This document shows positions 55,350 to 64,000 of a stretch of 64,000 nucleotides of DNA, piece after piece (position 1 is the first letter of the stretch; each line of letters starts with the position of its first letter). The notes beneath the pieces are model-generated. The model worked only from the letters and a program-made list of their open reading frames with translations. It had not been told where the DNA came from and searched no databases. Where the stretch lies: NCBI GenBank assembly GCA_028534125.1, contig CM052817.1, forward strand, positions 104,844,001-104,908,000. Direction: 5' to 3'. The position numbers and the translations under genes were made by a program. Source of the stretch: Lama glama. Taxonomy: Eukaryota.

Positions 55350-57960
55350 TATAAGAAAGGACAGACTCCTGGAATGGCACTGTGAGTGGATAGTTCTCCC
55401 ACAGAAACAATGGGAAAATGACGGAATGACTGAAATCAACCATTTCATAACACTGAAAATCATCCCAAACCACCAAACTGACAATTGTGTATCTGTGAGA
55501 AAGTACTGAATCTTTGTAAGACGCCAGGGTTGGCAGTGTTTAGTTTTGCCCCATTCCCCTCATTTCTCCCTCTCTAGTGCTAGTGGTCTGGTAGCTTATG
55601 AAAGCCAGCAGCCTTGCATCCAAAGGTGGGAATGGATCTTTTCTGAGTTATGTTGAAAACCGCATCCTCAGAGCACAGTCAATATTTTGTCAGTGGATTT
55701 TTGGAAAATATCGATTCCTAATGTGTTGTGGCTATTTCATTTCACTCAGAGCTCAGGGTAGTGCAAAAAGCCATATCCTGAGGGTATAACAGTCTGAAAA
55801 TAATAGCAGTCTGCTGGTAACATTAGAGCTGCCTTAGGCTGTGATTTCAGCTGGAGAAACACGAGCCTGGTCAAAAATTAAAGGAAAATTCAACAGAACT
55901 AGATGACCATTGGGAACTTTGAAAATTTCCAGCATATTCCTGGGATTGAGAAAGTTATACTCATGTACAGGGCTTTGTGTGTGCCCACAAAAGACTTGGA
56001 AAAGGAGAAAGTTCCAGTTGCTCACTCACTTCTGTCTGAATTTGAGACCCTGTGCAAGTAGAAAGTCAAAAATAAGACTGTTTTGTTAAGCTGCATAAGA
56101 TTGGAAGGCATGCCTTCTCACATAGATTCCCTTGGCAAAGGGTGATAGGTATGCAGGCAAGCATTTAAGGAATTCTGACTCATCATTGGCTGACTACTAC
56201 ATTATACTGACCTTGGGCTGACTCTAGCAAGCCAGACTTACAAATAAAAACAAGAAGTTAAAAAATGCTGGCTGGGAACTCAGTGGCCATATACTACAAG
56301 GAACAGAGAATCTATTGAATTAGGGAAAGTCATTAAAAAAAGTAGTAACAAGAAAAACAACAGTAACAAAAACAGAAATAATCCCTGGGGGGAAGAAAGG
56401 AACTGATACCAGAGTTGTTACAATATAAGATCTACAATGTCCAGTTTTCAATAAAAAAATTACGAGATAAAGAAAGTGTGATACACACATAGGAGAACAG
56501 GCAGCCCTACAGAAAACGTCCCTCAGGAGGCCCAGATGTTGTACTTAGTCGGCAAGGACTTTAAAGCAGCTATTGTACATGTGTCAAAGGAACTGAGGGA
56601 CATCATGTCTAAAAACATAAAGTATGACAATTACGTCTCCCCAAATATACATAATCAATCAATAGAAAGAAATAACATAAAGGAATCAAATATAAACTTA
56701 GGAGCTGAAAGAACAATAACTAAAATGAAAAACTTACTAGAGGAGATTAACATTAGCTCTGATTTGGTAGAAAAGAATCATTTAACAGTAAGATATGTCA
56801 ACAGAGATTTTCCAATATGAGGAACAGAAAAGCATAAAGAAAAAGAGGACATTAGAGAACTGTGAGACAACGTAAAGTATGCCAACACATACCTTATGGG
56901 AATTCCAGAAGGAGCAGAGGAAAAGAAGGGGACATAAACATACGAAGAAATAATGGCCCAAAACTTCCCAAATTTGACGAAAAATGTTAATCTGTATGTC
57001 CAAGAATCTCAACAAATTCCAAGTAAATTCAAAGTAACCCATTCTTATTGTCAAACTGACAAAAAGACAGACAAAGTCTTGAAAAAAAAAATAAGACATC
57101 ACATACAAGGAATCTTCAATAAGATCAACAGATGATTTCTCATGGAGGACAGAGGGCAGAAAGATGGCACCCTAGAAGGGATGGAATTACCAAAAAAAAA
57201 AAAATACAAAACACCTGTCAACCAAGAATTCTATATTCAGCAAAACTCTCTTTCAATAATGAAGGAGAAATTAACATATTCCTAGACAAGCAAAAAGGGA
57301 GAACTCGTTGCTAGAAGATCTGCCCTATAAGAAGTAACAAAGGGAGTTCTTCAGGCTGAATTGAAAGGACATTTCATGGTAACTTGAATCCCTAGGAAGA
57401 AATAAAGGGCACGAGTAAAGACAATAATGTAGGTAAATATAAAAAGCAGCATAAACATATTTTTGTTTGTAACTCTTTTCTTCTGCTGTATGATTTAAAA
57501 AAATATCAAAGCAATAATTGTAAAACTGTGTTGATCGGTTTATAATGTATAAAGATTTCATGGCACCAAGGGTGGGGGGAGGAACAGAGATATATTATGG
57601 AAACATTTTTGTATAACATTGGAATTAAGTTCGTGTTAACTTGAAAGAAATTATTTTATATTACTATGTTAATTGTAATGCCCAGGCAAACCACCGAGAA
57701 TTAAAAGAGTGGAGTGTAGGTCAGCTGCAAATATGCAAAGTGAGGCAGAGAGAGAGAAAAGAATGAAAATTGCAGAGATCGTAGAGGATATGAAGGAATG
57801 TGCTGCCCTATGTTTCAGTAGAATCTCAAAATGAGAGAAAATAACAAATGGACCTAAAGCACTATTTTGAGCTAGAATAGCTAAGAATTTCCCAAAACTG
57901 ATAAAAAAAAAATAAGCTACATATTCAAGTGGTGACATGAACCTCATATAGGATCAATAA
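55350..57960 (+). mobile_element. Old L1 (L1MC/MD-like) 5'UTR and ORF1
   Basis: MAQNFPNLTKNVNLYVQESQQIP; CQPRILYSAKLSFNNEGEINIFLDKQK. Confidence 0.85.
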
Positions 57961-59755
57961 AAATGAACACAACAAAACTCACACACACACACACACACAC
58001 ACGAACACTTCCTTAACACCATATATATGATTTTCTCTTACCTTTGTGTATATATCATGGAATTTAAGTAAAAAAGTCACTGATCTATTCATTGAACTAA
58101 CCTCAAATATCAAGTCAATGTCCAACCTTTGGACTTATGTTTATCTAAAATCTATGCCCAGCAAGAGCAAGTTCATAGGGTAAAACTTAAGCTTTATTAA
58201 AATAAATAGAAGTGCTGTATTTCTGGTTTGTTTATTTTTTCGTGAAACATTTTGAAAGCTTCACTTTAATTAGGTTAAAGATAAAAGCTATTTCATAAAT
58301 TGAAGTATAATTTTTGAAAGCAATGATTCTTCTCCAAATAGAAGACATTTAGTACTCAAAAACTTAGGAATATTAATAAACAAGCCAGGACTACCCTGCA
58401 ATAGATGGGGAATCAGGGAGGAAGCGATAGCATTGTGCTCATAAAAGGCAACGTGGCAAAGCAGAAAGAATTGTGCAGGGAATGTCTTGGAGGTGGAAGT
58501 TCTTCTTTCAGATTTTGTTAATCTAGCTTTATGAGCTTGGTCAATTAACTTCATTACTTTCAGCCTCAGATTTTTTTTTAGATTCCGAATCTTCTAATGT
58601 ATATATTGATTTATATGTGCCAGAAACTGTTCTTAGTGCTCTAGCATATTTTATTTCCTTATTAACCCTGTGAAATAAAATTGGGAAACATAAAACGTGA
58701 GGTTTTGGAAAGATCTAAAGTTTCTTGGTGATTTCTAGGGCCAGTATTGGATTTATATAGCAATTTTGGTGATTTGATTTTTATATTACTCATATTAGAG
58801 TAATTTATTCCATTGACTAAAAAAATTGGAGTATTATCATTAACATCATCATATAACTAATAAGGTAATAACTCTACCAACTCAAGTGTTGTTATTTGAT
58901 TGGAATGGTCTCCCATCAGCATAACATTTCTACAAACTCCATCACAATGCCTAATGTTTTTACTGTTTGGGCTAATCCACTGAATTCCTTAAAAGAAATT
59001 AAACATGAGAATATTAACCCATTAAACCACAATTATCCATTAATCCTGTATTACATTTTAATTTTTGTTTGGTTAGTGAGGGTTTGAATATCTTAGTAAT
59101 AGGACTTAAGGCATATACATTATATAAGGTGAGAATGTAAAACAGGGATTATTAAATGTCAAATTTCCTCATGGAAAGTAGGTTTGCGTAAGATTCCACA
59201 TTGGGATACCATGGAAGGCTGGAGGATGAGTCCATTTTGTTTCCTACCACTTTTTTTTCCCATTTAAGTAGGTTCTATTTTGCCACTCATTCTGAGGATA
59301 CACAGTATCTTTTTTCAATTTTTGTGATGTTGTGTTTTGCATTGACACATTTTGAAGCCTTAAAGTAAATTCCAGTTTCATTGACCCATTTTGAACAAAA
59401 GTAGTCACAGATTTCTAACATGTAAGTTTCAGTGTTCTTTGTGGAACAGGAATGAGCGAACCCAACATCAGTACCTGATTCAAAGTTGATCATTTACGTG
59501 GCAAACATGAAAGTTATCAATAGTCTTCTCATATCTCTGCATAACGTGGCGCCCCATATTAGTGACTAAATGACTCAATTAGATCCATCTTCTTTGAGAG
59601 TTTGAATGAGAGAAAGATGATGGAAGAAACAGAGCATTAGAAAAACTATGATATAGGATCATCACTTTGCATTGATAAGGACCAGTGGATGTCCCCGCAT
59701 TTCAGGATGACAAAATGACTTGCCCTTATGTGTGAGAAGACATTAAACCTAGCAC

Positions 59756-59856
59756 TTTTTCTTTCTTTCCTTTTTTTAGTGGAGGTACTGGGGACTGAAC
59801 CCAGGACCTCAAGCATGCTAAGCATGTGCTCTACGCCTGAGCTATAGCCACTTCCC
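59756..59856 (-). mobile_element. Camelid tRNA-derived SINE
   Basis: GGAGGTACTGGGGACTGAACCCAGGACCTC..GCATGCTAAGC..TGAGCTATA. Confidence 0.88.
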
Positions 59857-62800
59857 TAAGCGTAACACTTGTATTATTTTTAAATGATTTTTATTGACCA
59901 TATTGTTTAGTGTATTTTTTTTTACAGTAATACAGTAGTGTATTTTTTTTTACATTACTTGAGGTAAACTGAGCAAGTCTGTGATTTCAGCATCATAAAA
60001 CAAATAAACTGAGCCAGTTATTAAATAAAAAGTTAGGTGTGGGAAATGCTCACATGGCCATGCTTGTGTTTTGTACAGCTCCAATTTTTGATTCAAATTT
60101 CAAAAATTAGTCAGGCCAGGCTATTTGCTCCATTCTGCGGAGGTGAGTGGGCAGAGATGGCATTCAGAACTGAAGCTGAATTGCCTGCTAGTGTGGGAGA
60201 GATAGGCTCAGAGCCTTATTTTATTTGATTAAAAAATAGATTATTTTGACATTTCTTGCCCACAAGAGCTTGCAATGATAGAATGAGTGCTTGTACATCA
60301 ATTTCTTGGTTGAGTGGGAAATGAACCCATTTGACGCGGAAATGGTTAAGAAACTGGATATTGCTCAGAAAATTAAATTTTAAAAGGAAAAGATATTGAA
60401 TATATTGAGTAAATTGTATAAATCCTAGGGTAGTATCCAAGATGGTCAAATTTAAGCATAAAAACATTAACACCAGGAAAGTACAATTAAAGAAAACAAT
60501 TTAAGAATTGCTGATTATTACTTTGGAGTAGGTTTTAGATAATGATCTGAAGAAAGGAGATTTTCTAAACAAAAGTTGAAAGGGCAGAAAGAGCATCAAG
60601 ATTTAAATCTATTCTGACTTTGAAACCTGTTTTTTCTCCTGAGCCATGCATAGCCCTAGAAGTAACTCAGTTGTACTATGAATTAACCCACTTGTGCTTA
60701 AATCATACTTAAAGGTATACTTACTTCATTATAAAGTATATTTGCAATAGAAAGGATAATGAGTCAATTATTAGGAAAAAATTCTGGTAAGAAGAAAAGG
60801 GATGAATATTTTGCAAAATGTTCTTTGGAAACATCCAAATATAATTTTGCTCACACTATTCTGAGAAGTTTTGAAAGGTATTGGTTAAGTTTTTGTTTTA
60901 TGTTTGTGTTTTAAAAGAATCCTTTTCTACTGTGTTTTGGGCCACTTTTTTTTTTTTTTTAAATCGTGGAGAAGAGACCCAGGACATGATGGAGAGGCGG
61001 AGCGGGTATTAAACTATTTGGAAGCAATATCTTGCTCTAAAATGTCTCTGAAAACTTTATTTATTTATTTATTTATTACTTCTTGAAGTAATGCAAAGCT
61101 TTGCAGAGCAGCCTAGATTTTCCTAAAGAAAGATTTATGACAATCATTTCTAAACTCTTTGCTTTCTAAATTCTAATTGTGAAAAGGAAGTCATAAAGAA
61201 ATGACATAATTTCCTGAGACCCTTAAACAGAAGTTTAATAGAATTTAGTGTCATGATAAATACTGTGGGGAAATAAACTCTAACAAAGAACTTACACCAG
61301 GAAATCTTATGTATTCTTTCTTGGTCAAGGTGCTTAACCTCAGAGCATCTCACATTTTCTCAGCTGTAATAAAATACTACCAGCTTTTCCTATCTCACAG
61401 TATCTTTTCTAAGAATACAATTGGAGAAATTACATGGAAATCCTTTAGTTACCAATTACCCTTCAAATGCAAGTTTGTAAGTATTACAAATCTGTTTCTG
61501 CAGAATCTCTTGCTCAGTTTCACTGTTGCTCATTCTCCGGTGTCGCTGGTTCACTCCGGCACTGATGATCTCTGAACGTCCAGCCAACATTATTATTTTC
61601 CTTTCTAAGGGCTTTCTCTGAGGCTTCATGTTCATTCCTTGAATAAAAAGAATTTCTACCATGTGCTTAGTATTTTCTTGCACTAAGTCCCTTTAGATAA
61701 AATGCTTGTCTAATCTACATTTTCCTCTGAATGATCCTTCAGGGAAAAGTCTAACCTAGTACACAGAGAATCATCCTTTCCCACTGGAGAGCAGTCAGTT
61801 CTCCGAGCTGCTCAACTAGGGTTCTTATTCTTGAACTGAGTCTCCTTCAGGAAGTCACAAGCAGACAGTCCTCCCTCCCAGTCTTTCAACAGTAACACTG
61901 AGGACTCTGTTATTTTCTATGGTGATGGTTTTTCAAAGGTTTAATTTGGAGCATGAGAAACTGAAAAAAAAAAAGTTAAAGAAAGAAAGCTCTCTTCTTA
62001 CTCAAGTGGAATCTGAAAAAAATGATGAAATGTGATTCAGAACACTGGTGATTTTCCTCCTCTACTTGGTTTCCAAATTGAGTCTCTTGTTAGCTCTGTT
62101 AAAGTTAGACAGTGTGTTAGAACGTGTCTTGTATCAGGGTGTAGGTTATCACTTCATAAACTGTTTTGACTAAAAGGGATTTAATTTACTAAAACTAGGG
62201 TTTATTCAGTCAAGGATGCTTCAAGCATTTCAAAGGAAAAAATAGGGAATTATATTCAGCCATGAGCTCAACGAAGACAGCAAACAAGATAACCCTATTT
62301 TGAGGAGGGACAAAATGAGTGAAGGGGGTCAAAAGGTACAGACTTCCAGATGAAGTAAATAAAATCTGTGTGCAACTAATTGCCCCTGGTGGGACAACAG
62401 TAAGAGGAAGTGACATTTCACAGCACAGCAGGGAAATGGTGGGAGTAAAGGTACAATAATTTTTTTAAAGGACATTAGAATGTATCTATTTTAAGAATAA
62501 GCCAAGAGGCGGCTGGTTACCACAGATTCTGATTAAAATTTGTGAAGTTGCAAATACCTTCTTCCATTTTCATTAGATGAGTAGGGATGTTCCAGTTTCT
62601 TTTTTTATGAAGAATATAGAAATCATAAGTAATAAATGGCCAACTGAATGGATAAGAGATTAGAATCTGAACCAGTGAGAATTCAATTCTCTTCAATTTA
62701 ATTTGATTCTCTGTCTTGGGAGAAGAGAAGAGAGCTATCTTTTCAACCTCAGGAAGAAATCAAATTTATAATTTTATATAATGTGCTTTATTTCTTCCAC

Positions 62801-63730
62801 CTGTTGGAGTGCAGATGCAGTTTCTGAGAATACAGCTCTTTACTTCCCTGGGAAATGTTTCTTATTTTATGCCTCTCAGAGTCAGTCAGAATGGTAGGGA
62901 TAGGTCAACTCATATGAATAAAGTGATGTTTAAGTAATGATAAAGTTTAAAAACTGTAGGAGAAACCATGAGATTCATAGTCCACAATCGGGAGAGACAC
63001 ATGCAGCATTTTCTATGTTTTGTGCATTTCAGGTGCCCTCACTCCTCCTTACGCCCTCAAGCATCATATTGCTAAATTCCTCTTCTGTCTAATTGCTACC
63101 TCTGCGCTTTACCTTTCACATGTCACTCCGTCAACCAATTTTCTCTTTTTTATTGAACCTCAGCTTGAGTGTCACATCCTAAAGGTGCCACATGGTCACA
63201 GCGTCTCTTGCTGTTGATTTATGTGTTCGCACTATTTATTCTGCTCTCCTTTCCCAAATGTGTGTGTGCGTGCATTCTGCAAATGTACTTACCTGTGTTC
63301 TCACCTCTATAACTACCTAACCCCATACACACGATCTCTTCCTGCATCTGCCTCTTTATATTTCTTCTCTGTTGGTTTTCATCATTCACCACGACATCTC
63401 TCTACTTTAAATAGGTCATGACATTTTTAGAAATTACAAGAGTATTTAAGAGGGAAATGTTTATTCTTAGAAATTCCACAGTTTCTATTCAAGTTGAACC
63501 TTACTCCATTCAAGGACTTACTTCTTTGAGAGCACAAGATGGTGGCCTGTCTACATGAACGTGTCAGTTTACCTTGCTCATGGGGGAAGTAAAAAGGATG
63601 GAATAATGCAAAATGTCAAGCTGAATACTGTTAGCAAAATATTTAGCATTATGCAGAAGATTCAGCAATGGTGCTGTGATTGTATAAGGAATTATTTTCA
63701 TTCTAAGAATAACAACCACCAGTTACCATC

Positions 63731-64000
63731 TAATGGAATACTACTCAGCCATAAAAGAGACTAAAGTAATTCCATTTGCAGCAACATGGATGGACTTGGA
63801 GGTTGTTATACTAAGTGAAGTAAGTCAGACAGAGAAAGAATAGCATCATATGATATCATTTATACGTGGAATATAAAAAAAATGAGACAAATGAACTTAT
63901 TTATAGAACAGAAAACAGACTCACAGACATAAAAAACAAACAAACAAACTTTTTCCAGGGGGGAAGAGGGAGGTGGAGGGATAAATTGGGAGTTCAGGAT
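63731..64000 (+). mobile_element. L1 ORF2 C-terminus and 3'UTR (runs off the window)
   Basis: ATGGAATACTACTCAGCCATAAAA..CCATTTGCAGCAACATGGATGGAC..AAGTGAAGTAAGTCAGACAGAG. Confidence 0.92.

Overview
A repeat-dense mammalian non-coding window, most likely from a camelid (alpaca or camel), judged from the tRNA-derived SINEs and young L1 3' ends. I found no host protein-coding exon that I can support. Most six-frame ORFs are repeat fragments, microsatellite translations or N-gaps (3409-3908, 11768-11867, 40133-40632). The main feature is a decayed class I (ERV1) provirus at 34710-40889: LTR, tRNA-Leu primer-binding site, gag-pro-pol, gap, LTR. It sits inside a MIR and is itself interrupted by a Tigger1 fragment and a solo LTR. 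The window also has about nine other ERV LTRs, two 5'-intact antisense L1s of one subfamily, older L1, L2, MIR and MaLR remnants, and several DNA transposons. I cannot support a new biological system here. The best leads are a possible G-to-A (APOBEC3-like) editing footprint in the provirus, an env region possibly hidden in an assembly gap, MER41-like LTRs with STAT/GAS motifs, transcription-factor motif clusters in non-repeat sequence, and templated inverted repeats next to L1 tails. Repeat family names come from recall of consensus sequences and need RepeatMasker/Dfam confirmation.
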